A stretch of DNA of 64,000 nucleotides, from assembly GCF_036321535.1 (NCBI RefSeq), contig NC_087437.1:3534001-3598000 (forward strand), written 5' to 3'. The first letter of the stretch is position 1; the number at the start of each line of letters is the position of its first letter. Under the pieces are notes generated by a model that did no database searches, had not been told where the DNA came from, and worked only from the letters and a program-made list of their open reading frames with translations. The translations under genes were made by a program, and so were the position numbers. Shown in pieces: positions 12,959 to 25,190 of the stretch. This stretch comes from Camelus dromedarius (taxonomy: Eukaryota).

Positions 12959-14136
12959 CTGCCGCAGACCCACTGCTTCACTTAATGCTTGCAAGGACCC
13001 TTCGATGCAAGTGTATGTGGTGGTGTGTATCCCGGTTGAAGTCAGTCAAACTAGACTTTAACTGGCTGGAATTCAAACAAGGGAGAAGGTGAGGGTGGGG
13101 GAAGGAAGGGGGTGGAGTCAGGGGTCCCAGGCAGTTCTGTCCCACAGCTGAGTCAAAAAGCGAACGCCCCGGACTGAGAGCTGCACCTCAGCTCCTGTGT
13201 GTGCCTCTTAGATTGTGAGCCTCTTGGTGCTTTGACTGATTGCCCCAAACTGATAAGGTTCAAAATTACGTGTTTCCCATACAGCCCACTTCCCAAGCAA
13301 GCGAAACGTTTCATTTGATGCTCAGAAAAGCAGCAGCTCGTTTTGTCTGTAAGTGACTACTGTATGAAGCATGGACTTTAAAACTCAGGGCCCTTGAAAG
13401 ATGACACTGTTATATCCTAACTGCACAGGAGGAGCCTGGGGCTCAGTGAGGTGCAGCAACTTCTCCAAGTTCACACAGCTCGTCCGCAGCCGGGCTGGAC
13501 AGTCTGAGTCCATTTGTAGCCACTGCCTTACAGTCTTCTGCACAGCAGTTATAACCCCCCTTCTCTGTGATGACCGGAAAAACGCACTGTACTCAGTTGT
13601 CCAAGGGGACAGCAGAGGGGCCACCGCATTATCCGGTCCTCTGGTGAGACCTGTTCTACTGAACAGAATTCCTGAGCTGTGTACAAGGCAAGGCCTGCAC
13701 CAGTTCTAGGAAAAGTGCTGCGTTATGAAGACTAAAATTAAAAAGAGCCTGCCTCCCACATCTGTTATGGGTACACATTTCTCTCCTCCTCCCAGTTTTT
13801 AAAAAAATTTTTAGAAGGTGCCAGAACTCCTGAGTCCAAATAGCAGGACTGATTTACCTATGTTGCATCATCAGACCTAATTAATTTGACTCTGTGCGTG
13901 GGCAGAAACGCTTTCTGCCTTGAGCCATCAGTTTTCAGCAGCAGCAGCCCTGCAGGTGAATCATTCCCCCAACCACATCCCAGCCCGCGTCCCAGGCTGG
14001 GCAGCCACCCGCGTCCTGGGCTGGACAGCCGCCCACCTCGGTGAAGTGTAGCTGTGCTCAGCGTGATGTATCAGTCCTTCCACAAGCCCGGTGTGAGTGG
14101 CTGGGAGGCCTGACCTTGATGTGACAGTCCCCCCAC

Positions 14137-14232
14137 CCACGGGGCTGCTGCAGGTTGTACAGGGAGCTGGTTGCCCCCCTCGCAGCCCCTTCTGAGTCAC
14201 TGCAGCGTCACGCCAAGGCCACGCCCCTCCTG
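14137..14232 (-). repeat. Right arm of a 97-bp inverted repeat
   Basis: Reverse complement caggaggggcgtggccttggcgtgacgctgcagtgactcagaagggg...gcagccccgtgg matches 12862-12958. Confidence 0.92.
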
Positions 14233-14750
14233 GGCAGCTCCCCATGCTGCAAACATGGTGGGTGTACCAGAACCAGGCCATCTCCACCCCACTGGGGCTC
14301 CTCTAATGGGCAGTCTTTGCCCGGGGCTCCCCCTGGTGCAGCCAAGGCTTTCCCACAAAGCCCTGCAGGCTGATTCCCTCACCTAACCCTCCTTTCTTCC
14401 CTCCCACCCATCCCCTCAAAGATGCAGGCCAGCATCACAACTGTGTAACCCCGGAAGACCCTACTGTCATCCGTGACCATACAGTATTTCTAACTGCTTA
14501 ACTGTATAATAGTTTAAATGGCTTTTCTCCTGCTCTTGGTGATCAGGGTTGGGCTGGAGGGGAGGGAGTTCGGGGGGTCCACCCAACCCCCACATGGTGC
14601 TGTGTGCGGGGATCATGCCCAGTGCCCTGCCTTTGCCCCCAGCACCTTAGAAATGGCAGTTGGGCTTCTGTTTTCTATATCTTGTTGTTCATAACTCGCC
14701 CCAAATATACACGCAGGCAGTTATTTTTAGTCCCTTGTTTCTTTGTATTC

Positions 14751-15233
14751 TGTTGTTTGAGGTGCAGGTCCCACTGCAGCAAGAGGTCCTAGGCCTCATT
14801 GTGCCTAAACAGTTAGAAGCATTTACCAACCTGACTTTAAACTGTGCAAGTTTTTCTAGAGCACTTTTCCACAGATCCCCTTCCTAAACACATTTATTCC
14901 AGGCACAAGAATATTAGAATGAGTTCCAAAGCGAGAGGTGAACTTCATACCCAGCAGAAGGAAGGGGGCTGCTGCTCCTACAGAAACAACTGCAACAATC
15001 TGTCACCCTGTATGCGATCTCTATGTCAGCCAGCTCCACCCCTGAACCCCTGACCTTTTACTATAAAGCCCCCGGCCTTCTCTCCCCAGCAGGCTCACAG
15101 TCTTGGAGGCAGTACCCCACTGTGACCTCCTTTGCCTGGCAAAGAAATACAGCTGCCTTTTCTACTTCATCCAAAACTCTATCCTTGAGTCTCAATTTGG
15201 TAGTCAGGGCACGGACACTGAGTTTTGGCAACA
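14751..15233 (+). mobile_element. ERV1-like solo LTR
   Basis: TGTTG...CAACA termini, ctataaa TATA box at ~15061, U5-like aaaactctatccttgagtctcaatttggt...gagttttggcaaca. Confidence 0.65.
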
Positions 15234-17081
15234 GTTGGAGGCTCTCCCTGCCTATGTCATAGGCATTTCTCTTTCATTCCTGATTCCATCTTGTCATCTG
15301 CTTCCCAGAGGACCTAAACTGACACAGCTTAGAAAATACTGGGCACAGAACAAAGGTGTGGAAATGTCATCTGCTGTTGTTATAATAATTATGATTTGAT
15401 TAAATGAATGGCTCCACTAACAGAAGACACTCCCAGAGGCACCTATTCCCAAGAGAATCTGATTCAAGAGTCCTCAGGGGAGTCTTAGGCCTGGCCTCCC
15501 CTGAAATTATTTCTCTGCCCCTGTGGCACCATTCCAAGATCATTATTGCTTTTTTCTAATACTTTCCTGTGCAGAGAAAATTTCATAATCATTGGAGGAT
15601 TTGGTGAAAATGTATTGAAAACTTCAGAATTTGCTGGGGAAACAGTTCTCTACAGCTCTTCATCTTAACAAGGACAAACCCCACAGACCTATGAGCCTTC
15701 TCTAAACAAGTGTCAATGAAAGACGCATTCACCACATGGCAGAGCCTCTCCTGAGGTGTCCTGTCTTAATGGTACATGCCTGGTATGTGCGACACTGGTG
15801 CCCACAGACACTGATTAGTCGGGGAGAGGGAAATGATGGTCAAGGCAGCAAGGGACAGATATAAGGGTCTACAAAAACACCCATCAGTCCACGACCCTAA
15901 AACGTGTCCACCAGAGTACACGAACGCTTTTCAGTGACAGGGCCCCAGATACTGTTGAGAACCCTGTTGTGATGACAGCTATGAAGCCCATTCTCCTGAG
16001 ACCTGAGAGGCTGGTTCCAATTCAGTGACCACAGCCCTCATAGAGGAGCGATCAGCAGTGTGACAAGGGCTGGAGACAAAGGGGCAGGCACACTCTGCCT
16101 ATCGAAGCGGAGAAACAAGCAGGTGATTCACAGAAGGGCGGTGGAGAGGAGAGGCTGCTGCTGGCAAGACCGTCACAGGCGGGACTCCGCAATCAATGCC
16201 AGGGAAGCCCACGGCTGGGTTTGTTTGTAAGCTCTCCTTCCATTGAAATAGAAACCATGTGACTTTTGCACCACCTGAAGGAAGAGGGAATCAGCTCTGC
16301 CCCGATGACCCACGGAACAGCCGTGGGTATGACGGTCGCTAAGTAGGCCTTGGGCGCTCAGGTCAAGGGCAGGACTGGGGGCAGGGGAGAAGAGGTGAAG
16401 CCCAGAGGTGAGTGCAGCTGTCACCCAGTTCACAAAGCCAGCAGGGGCTGGGCCTCCACACGGGCTCTGTAACTGTAATCTGTGCCGTGCTAACAAAATA
16501 GTCTACAAAGAGAAGGGGAAGCACCCATCACAACCCCACACCTCCACCTTTGGGGAGGGGGAGATTGTATCGATTTACTAGGAAGACAAAGGGGGCTGGA
16601 ACTACCTGTCTCGACACTCCCCTCCTGACTCTGTTACGCTAGGTCCCTTCTGGGGGGAGGCACCTTCCGCACTCGAAGAAACTGGGCTTGGAAATGTGAG
16701 CGACTGGGCCTGAGGCAGGGTTCTGGCCCTTCCCCAGTGCACGGCTGTGGGCAGGCTACTTCTCTCTCGGAAACTCGGCTTCCTCATCTGGAAAACAGTG
16801 ATGGGGATAACTGCTCAACAGGGTTTTGTGAGACAAAACACCAACACGTATGTGAGAGGCCTCAGCACCTTGCCCTCACAGTGACTCAAAATCAATCACG
16901 ATCCATCACATCACAGGCTGCAAGGCACAGTCCGGAGAGCAAAACTGCTGCCAATGTTCATAGTTGCCCTAGTGAGTAAGAAGGGATGTTCCTTATGCTG
17001 CAGTGGTAAAATCTCACTTCAGCACCGAAGGGTTTTGAAAGTATTATAAGAAGGCCAAAGGATGGCTATATAGCTTTACCA

Positions 17082-17325
17082 TAATAACAGCTAATATCTC
17101 ATTACTAATTACTTTATTAAATACTGGGCACTATTCTCAGGACTTTATATTGATTACTTCATTCAATCCCCAAAAGTATTCTGTGAGGTAGGAACCATTA
17201 TCCTCCTATTTTACAGTTTAGAAAACTGAGGCACAGTGGGATTTAGTAGCTTGCACAAGGTCCCACAGCCTGCCAGGGACAAGGGCTAGACTCATGCAGG
17301 TGGCTTGATTTCCAACCCTATGTTC
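17082..17325 (-). mobile_element. MIR SINE, interrupted at 17325 and resuming near 20812
   Basis: Core tgaggtagg...attttacag...aaactgaggcacag...cttgcacaaggtcccacagc; the expected ...cttaaccactac end appears as ttaacaagtaccac after 20811. Confidence 0.8.
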
Positions 17326-18017
17326 TTTTTTTTTTTTCCTTCCCCACACCGAGAACTTTCATGTGGCTTATTTTAATCCTAAAGAAACTCTAAATTTAAC
17401 ACAATTCAAAGGGGGGAAAAGTAAACCAGGAAGGAAAAATAAACCACACAAAAAACATGGAGTAGGCCTAGAGAGAGAACCTGAAACGTCCATAGGTCCC
17501 AGTCACATTTACCAGCTCGGAGGAAAATCACTACTTGGCTCACATCCCTATTTCCTCTTGCTCTCTGGTGAACCTTTTAAACTTTGTTGCTGTTTTGTTT
17601 TCACACTGTGTAATCACTGATTTTTTTTTTTTAGTATCTTAAATTTAATGAAATGTGGTTTATAGCTTGGCTATTCAGCCAAAGTATCTTCAGTCAGACA
17701 GAGCCCAGGCAAGATAAACATGGTCATGGAACATTTAGAGGGTACAGATTTTTAAGATCTTCAAGATGATATATAACTCAAAAAACTTGACAGAAGTACT
17801 AACTTATGCCTTACAAATCTTTTTTTTCTTTTCATCAAAGTAAGATCCTTTGAAATACACTGCTGGGGATGGGTAATATAGTAGCAAAATCACAAAAAAT
17901 AATTTATGAGATTATCTAAAATTAAGGATCAACTGAGTTGTGACGCCAATATATTCCAGAGAATGGCTGCCTACTAGGGAGAAATTGATACTGTTAGAGT
18001 TTTTCCTTTATCAAATA

Positions 18018-19481
18018 TTTTTTTATTTTACATTTTTTTTATTGAGTAATAGTTATTTTACAATGTTGTGTCAAATTCTAGTGTAGAGCACAATTTTTCA
18101 GTCATACATGAACATACATATATTCATTGTCACATTTTTTTTCCTCTATGAGCTACCACAAGATCTTGTATATATTTCCCTGTGCTATACAGTATAATCT
18201 TGTTTATCTATTCTGCATTTTAAAATCTCAGTCTGTCCCTTCCCACCCCCCGCCCCCTTGGCAACCACAAGTTTGTATTCTATGTCTGTGAGTCTGTTTC
18301 TGTTTTGTATTTATGTTTTGTTTTGTTTTGTTTTGTTTTGCTTTCAGATTTCTCATATAAACAATCTCATATGGTATTTTTCTTTCTCTTTCTGGCTTAC
18401 TTCACTTGGAATGACATTCTCCAGGAACATACATGTTGCTGCAAATGGCGTTACGTTGTCAGTTTTTGTGGCTGAATAGTATTCCATCGTATAAATATAC
18501 CACTTCTTCTTTATTCAGTCATCTGTTGATGGACATCTAGGCTGCTTCCATGTCTTGGCTATTGTAAATAGTGCTGCTATGAACATTGGGGTGCAGGTGT
18601 CATCCTGAAGTAGGGTTCCTTCTGGATATATGCCCAGGAAAGGGATTGCTGGGTCATATGGTAAGTCTATTCCTAGTCTTTTGAGGAATCTCCATACTGT
18701 TTTCCACAGTGGTTTTCCTTGCTTCCCTCTCCCACTCTTAATGATTTAGATGTCTTCTTTTACAATTTTGTGTTTATTCTTTTCGTAATTCATGGCAGTT
18801 ATCTCCTTTCCAGTTATGAGTTTCTCATTTTTGTAGCATCCTGCTTCTTTTCTATTTAGAGTAGACCTGTCAATATTTCTTTTAGCATGGGTTTAGTGTG
18901 GCTAAACTCTTTTAGTTTTTGCTTGTCTGTGAAGTTCTTTATCTCTCCTCCTATTCTAAAGGATAGCCTTGCTGGATAGAGTATCCTAGGCTGCATCTTT
19001 TTTTCATTCAGGACTTTGAATATATCTTGCTACTCCCTTCTGGCCTGTAGTGTTTGTGTAGAGAAATCAGCTGAGAGCCTTATGGGGGGTCCCCTTGTAA
19101 CTCACTCTTTGTTTTTCTCTTGCTGCCTTTAGGATTATTTCTTTATCCTTGACTCTGGTCATCTTGATTGTGATATGTCTTAGTGTGGGTCTGTTTGGGT
19201 TCTTCCTTTTTGGGACCCTCTGAGCCTCCTGTACTTCGATATCTGATTCCTTTAGTTTTGGGAAGTTTTCAGTCATGATTTCTTCCAATACTTTTTCAAT
19301 CATCTTTGCTCTTTCTTCCCCTTCTGGAACCCCTATTATGCATAGATTGGCATGCTTTATATTATCCCTTAGGTCCCTTATATTGTTTTCATTGTTTTTT
19401 ATTTGTTTTTCTCTCAGCTGTTCTGATTGGGTGCTTTCTGTTGTCCTGTTTTCTAGGTCACTTACTCATTCCTCTGTATTA
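18018..19481 (-). mobile_element. 5'-truncated half-L1: ORF1 remnant joined directly to the ORF2 tail and 3' UTR
   Basis: ORF1 peptide (EEIMTENFPKL...EAQRVP...ILKAAREKQ, stop 18856-18858) joined at 18713/18712 to the ORF2 C-terminal segment ccactgtggaaaacagtatgg; poly(A) near 18018-18040. Confidence 0.88.
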
Positions 19482-19786
19482 TGTAATCACTGATTTTTAC
19501 CAGTGTGGACACCCCACCTGGACAGTGACTTTAAGCTTTGGTTATAATCCATCAGTACAGGCTTTGGTTGCTCAGTTCAGTCCTGCTTTGGCCATTGACA
19601 GCTCTTTCCGTGGGTGGCTGTGCTTTCCTCTGACGAAATTCCATCTTGTGGGTTTCTTTCTTCTTGGTACACATCTTCCTATGTGCTTGTTGACCATTTG
19701 TATGTCTTGTCTGGAGAGGGGGCTGTTCAAGTCCCTCTCCATTTGAAAAACTAGGTTGTCTTTTTGTTGATATTTGTGAAAGTTCT

Positions 19787-20800
19787 TTTTTAAATTGAAG
19801 TATAGTTGACTTACAATGTTGTGTTAACTTCTGGTGTACAGCACAATGATTCATTTATATATATATATGCATATAACTTTTCATATTCTTTTTCATTATA
19901 GGTTACTATAAGATATTGGATATAGTTCCCTGTGCTATACAGTAGGCTCTTGTTATCTATTTTATATATAGTAGTTAGTATCTGCAAATCCCAACTCCCA
20001 ATTTATCCCTTCCTACCCCCTTCCCGGCCTGGTAACCATAAGTTTGTGTTCTATGTCTGTGGTTCTTTTTCTGTTTTGTGCATAAGTTCATTTGTGTCTT
20101 TTTTTTTTTTTTAAAGATTCCACATATGGGTGATATCATATGGTATTTGTCTTTCTCTTTCTGGCTTACTTCACTTAGAGTGATGATCTCCAGGTCTATC
20201 CATGTTGCTGCAAATGGCATTATTTCATTCTTTTTTATGGCTGAGTAGTATTTCACTGTATAAATATACCACAACTTCTTTATCTAGTCATCTGCTGATG
20301 GACATTTAGGTTGTTTCCATGTCTTGGCTGTTGTTAGTAGTGTTGCTATGAACATTGGGGTGCATGAATCTCTTTGAATTAGAGTTCCCTCCAGATATAT
20401 GCCCAGTAGTGGGATTGCTGGGTCATATAGTAAGCCTATTGTTAGTTTTTCAAGGAATCTCCGTACTGTTTTCCACAATGGCTGCACCAAACTACATTCC
20501 CACCAGCAGTGTAGGAGGGTTCCCTTTTCTCCACACCCTCTCCAGCATTTGTCATTTGTGGACTTCTGAATGATGGCCATTCTGACGGGTGTGAGGTGAT
20601 ACCTCATTGTAGTTTTGATTTGCATTTCTCTGATAATTAGTGATAGCAAGCATTTTTTCATGTGCCAATTTGCCATCTGTATATCTTTATTGGAGAAATG
20701 CTTGTTTAGGTCTTCTGCCCATTCTTGGGCTATTTGGTTTTTTGTTACTGAGCTGTATGAGCTATTGATATATCCAGAAATTAAGCCCCTGTCAGTTGCA
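19787..20800 (-). mobile_element. 5'-truncated L1 (ORF2 C-terminus plus 3' UTR), older 3' UTR type
   Basis: ORF 20284-20805 contains [18 protein letters not shown] (L1 ORF2 cysteine-rich domain). Confidence 0.92.
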
Positions 20801-22269
20801 TCCAAACCTATGTTTTAACAAGTACCACAAAGACAGAACTTCTGGAGTGGCCAGCAAAGTTCTATTTTAAGACCTGGGAGGTGTTTGCCATATATTTTAC
20901 TCATTTGGTTTTCTGAAGTCAGGTTTATTTTATTTAAAAAATTTTAAAGTAATAATGTCCATGTTTTGGACAAAAGTGGAGTATGCATTTTGTATATTGT
21001 GTGTTTTGCAACCGTAGGCAGAGAATGAAGGCTCTGTAATATTGCAGTAATATTTGTCTCAGTTGGCTAGGACAGCAGCACAGAAGCAAATGGAAGTGGT
21101 ATTTTCAGTGTGTGGTGGGAGGTGTTGCCGTTCACCAGAGCCCACTGGAGAAACGAGGAAATGGTGTAAGGAAAGGGCTTTATTTTGGCATGCTCAGTCA
21201 CCCCTGCCTTGACTCTGCATTTGTCTCAATATTTGTTTGTTGCTCTCTTCATGTGCTTCTCTCTTGGTTTCTCTCTCTCATGCTTTCTCTTTCTTTCATC
21301 CCTTTCTGCTCAGCCCCATATCCACACCCAGCTATTCCTTTCTCCCTGCCTCTCTCTCCTTTTCTTATGGAGAACTTGAGAACATTTCTTATCTGTTTTA
21401 TTCACTGAATATTATGATGCACTACTTAGTCTTCATTAAAGATGACTGAGTGGATTGTGTACAACCTTCAGTGAATCCTCCTGAATTAAGCCTCCATTGA
21501 CATAAGCACCCCTTGATTGACTTTTATCTTACAAGCATAATGGTTCCCAGTTAGTAAAATGCTACTGTGCCTTACGGAAGTTTAGGACTGGGAAGATGAT
21601 CAGGTTATGGCCTAAGAAGGAAATCAGATACCTGAACATAAGTTGTCCAAAGCCATCTGCTTCATCCTCACGTAACTCTTGCTGTTCCCTCTTCTGCAGA
21701 TGCCCAACAGTGAAATCACGTGCAGGGCTTCTTCTCAGCCTGTGGTCCAGGATTACAGAATCCACGGCTGCAGCACTGTATGTAAGGGGGGGCCTCAGAG
21801 GCTTGGAGGAGCCAGAAAGACTGTCTCCTAAGCCCAGGATCTTTGGGCCTCACCCCCCATGTTAATTTGTGCATTGGGACATGACTCACATATCTGATTA
21901 CCAGGCAGAAAGAATATTTTAAAAATCTCCTCTTCTCTTCTAAAGAGACATTTGCAATGATTATTTGGCAGCTGTACGTGGGGTGCTCCTCAGTGTGCAG
22001 ACAGTGTAATATGTGTCATCCTCTTACCTAATAAGTACTGGGTGCTCCAGCCCTTCGTTAATCAACATGGTCCAGACCAGAATCTCAGAATTCCAGAGGA
22101 CCCTGCCTGCCCCTGGGCCTTGGAAATCCAGACTCATCATGTGGAGCCTGGATAACAACCCTTTTCCCCATGCCCTACCTGGGTTCTAAGACTTCCCGAC
22201 CCTCTGGGAAGGCACAGGCTGATCCACACCTCAGACAGCACCACCACTTCTGCCGGGAGTGGCACGTAC

Positions 22270-22430
22270 CTGTTGGTTTGTCCTGTACACAGGCTGGGGT
22301 TCCTCATCCTTGACCTCTTCCTCCCCTGCCGAGAACACTGTATTTTCTTCCTCTTCCTCACTTTCTTCAGAACAGGAGTCAAAGGCATCAGCGTAATACT
22401 CTTCGGCCACAAGTGGGTCTTCTGGGATCT
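22270..22430 (-). CDS. NEK11: NEK11 internal coding exon, 161 nt (approx. human exon 15)
   Basis: Minus strand: ctttatttcag|AG ATC CCA GAA GAC...AAC CAA CAG|gtacgt; encodes IPEDPLVAEEYYADAFDS...YRTNQQ, a characteristic NEK11 motif; phase 1 matches the upstream exon. Confidence 0.95.
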
Positions 22431-24464
22431 CTGAAATAAAGAATAAACAAGAACCAGGTCCCACCAGTCATGAAAACTATCATGAGTCTAGAAGTCCTCC
22501 ATGTTCTCCCAGAGATGTGTGTCTTGTTTGCACTGACAAAGGTCTCATGGAGTGTGGAGCTGGATCTCGGGTTTCTGAACGCATCTAGTTGAATGGAATA
22601 AAGACTCAGCAAACTCAGTAAACCAGTGGAGGAAAGGGGGGATGACTCTATTTGAAACCACATTTTGAAAGTGGAAGAATTAAACCATTAAACAAGAAGA
22701 AATGTCTTCTTTCAAAGTCTTTACACTCAAAGGCATGAATCCTCATTACAAATGAGGGGGTTTGGGAGCACAAGCAGGGTAGGATGCCTTGGCTGCAGGA
22801 CCCTCTTTCATACCCACATGAAGTTTTTGCAGACACAGTTATGTCAGCACTATTCCCGGGTTTTTTTTTTTTTTTTTTTAAAGAAAATATTACTGGGGAG
22901 AACAGGCAAATACATAGTAACAGCATTTTGGCAAACTGAGGAAAACGCTGTCATTCTCTAACAGGCTACGGAGGCTTTGGAGATGTAGTTCACTCTGGGG
23001 CCCTCTTTACTCACATCAATACACAGCATTTATTTAAAGAAACCAACAAACAAAAGGAAAAGGCCACCAAGTTAAGCTGATGCCAAGAAGTGGCTACCTA
23101 AGTTACCTGATGCAATATTATTAGTAACGAAAAATATAACTGGTGCTTGTAATTGTCTTCAACCAACAAAGGCCAAGGATGGATCACAAAAAAGCGCAGT
23201 GATATCACTTCCAGTTTGCAGACGGGGGCCTCGAAGCAGAGAAAGCTTCTGGAGGAGGGGAGGAAATTACATAATGACGCCCACCTCCTTAAAACCGTGG
23301 ACATTTTAGGCTTTGCACCATACTCTGACTTATAAACAAAATTATTCTTCTAAATTATAACACAGAGCACTGTTGTTCATCCCATTGTTGCTACTTTATG
23401 TCTAGTGGGGAAAATACGGAATTTGGGGTCAGAGAAGGGAAGTCTGAATCTAGCTCTGCCACTTGTTCGATGAGAAACTCAGGTGAGGGCTTTGAACTTG
23501 CTGAGCTCTAACTTCTCCAGTGAAGCTGACCTAAGGGGAGCCTAACAGGGTAGCCAAGGAGATTCAATCGTGTGATTCTTACAAAAGCATCCGTATGCAG
23601 GGAAACTTTATACAAATGTTCACTCAGTTTCCACATCTGTAAAAATGGACTTTTCATTCAAGGAATCCAGAATCCCTTGAAAAATAAGATATTTAGTGGA
23701 TGTAGAAATCCCCTGCTATCTGTAACACAAGAGGAAGTGCCATGGCATCAAAACTGGTCAGTTCAAAAGACACAATCACACATACTCACACCTGCCCTTG
23801 CCAATCCCTTGAGAGGGGCTCACTGGGGATCTCGCAGTTTCTCCTGGTGACTCCAATCCAGCCTGCTTTCCCTTCAGATCAGCTAATTTCAGTTGAGCAC
23901 CAGATAGAATATATTACTTGTATACGGGGGCCATGTTTTATGAAAATCTTTATTTGACTCCCACTCAGTGTGACAAAAGGATCGCGGCAAGAGAAGCATG
24001 TAAAAGCCGAAGTCTGCCCAGAGGACACTCAGGTCTTCAGTTTTGCCCTCAAGTAGGGGCGCGTGCTTGCTGAGTGCTGGGTGGATGGAGCCACCTGCCT
24101 TCCTGCCTCTCCTGCCTCCCCTGCGACTCTCCCTGAGTCTCTCCAGGTTCTTGACAGTCAGTCATTCATTGACTCTCTCGTATTTCCTCCCTCTTTCTCT
24201 CTACACCCCACCTTCAGGCAAGAATATCTGCTTTCAAATTTGACTATGACAGAGTAAGAAATATCATTTCCACTGTTGCCCAGTCCACAGAAATGTGCTT
24301 GCATTTGTGTACATATATAAGTATCTTTGTAGTTGAAACAAAAGTTTCATGCATCGAGATTTGCCCATCCTATGTATGACACGCTCTGGTATTTTGCATT
24401 CTATTTTTTTTAAAACCGAGTTGCCACTTGCTATACTGATTTCTTAGCTCCCAATAAGAAAAAC

Positions 24465-24700
24465 ACTGGTTTAGAATGCTGGCTTTGGCATCAAAAAGAC
24501 CTGCATTTAAATCAAGACTCTTAACATCAGCTTCAAAACATGAGGTGTTATTTAAACTTTCTGCATGTCAGTTTTCTCATCTATAAAATGGGGATGACAG
24601 TACCAATCCCACAGGACTGCTGTGACCATTACAGAGTACAAAGGATGCTGAGTGCTGTGCACGTGGTATGTACCCAACAAATGTGAGTTACTGACATTTA
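24465..24700 (+). mobile_element. MIR SINE
   Basis: tcagttttctcatctataaaatggggatgacagtacc core. Further MIR pieces near 10500-10700, 13390-13540, 16740-16880, 28440-28570, 48100-48230, 52700-52910, 60440-60550. Confidence 0.75.
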
Positions 24701-25004
24701 ACATAGTGTAGTTTTGCCTGTCTGTAATGCTCAACATCAGGAAGATAATAAATATTAGACAATCACAAATAGACACCAGGTTAACATTTCTAATGGTATT
24801 TTAAATAGAATTGCTTCTCAAAATCCACGTAGTACCCAACTCAAATGGGTGATGAGGAATGGCTCCTCCCTCTGCTCCCCTGCTGCCAGGCTCCTGAGGG
24901 ACCATGGGCACCTCCCACCCTCTTCTCTGCCCACCCACCTTGCAGTCCACTGGCTCCACCCAGGCCCTCTCCAGCAGCCCTGAGGGACCCTTGACACTAG
25001 GGGT

Positions 25005-25190
25005 TAACACACTTGTTGTGCAAAGGGCTGGAGAGAAAAACGGTGGGTCTGGAGGTTCTACAGTCCCCATCACAACTACCCAACTCTGTAGTCTTAAAGC
25101 AGACACAGATGATATATAAACAAAGAAGTGTGGCTGTGTTCCGATAAAACTTCATTTACAAAAGCAGGCAGGGGGCCAGATCACACCAAC
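25005..25190. mobile_element. hAT-Charlie MER58-like element
   Basis: acaactacccaactctgtagtc..aaagcagacacagatgatatataaacaaagaagtgtggctgtgttccgataaaacttcatttacaaaagcagg. Confidence 0.7.

Noticed and set aside
12854..14240. Intact hAT transposon bounded by the inverted repeat
   Set aside because: Flanking 8-mers match only 4/8, the interior contains a MIR and has no transposase; kept only as an unexplained inverted repeat
21562..21765. Charged ORF (QKREQQELREDEADGF) with a cag|gtatct donor-like site as an extra NEK11 exon
   Set aside because: The 22270 and 7089 exons already join in frame to match known NEK11; no clear acceptor or homology
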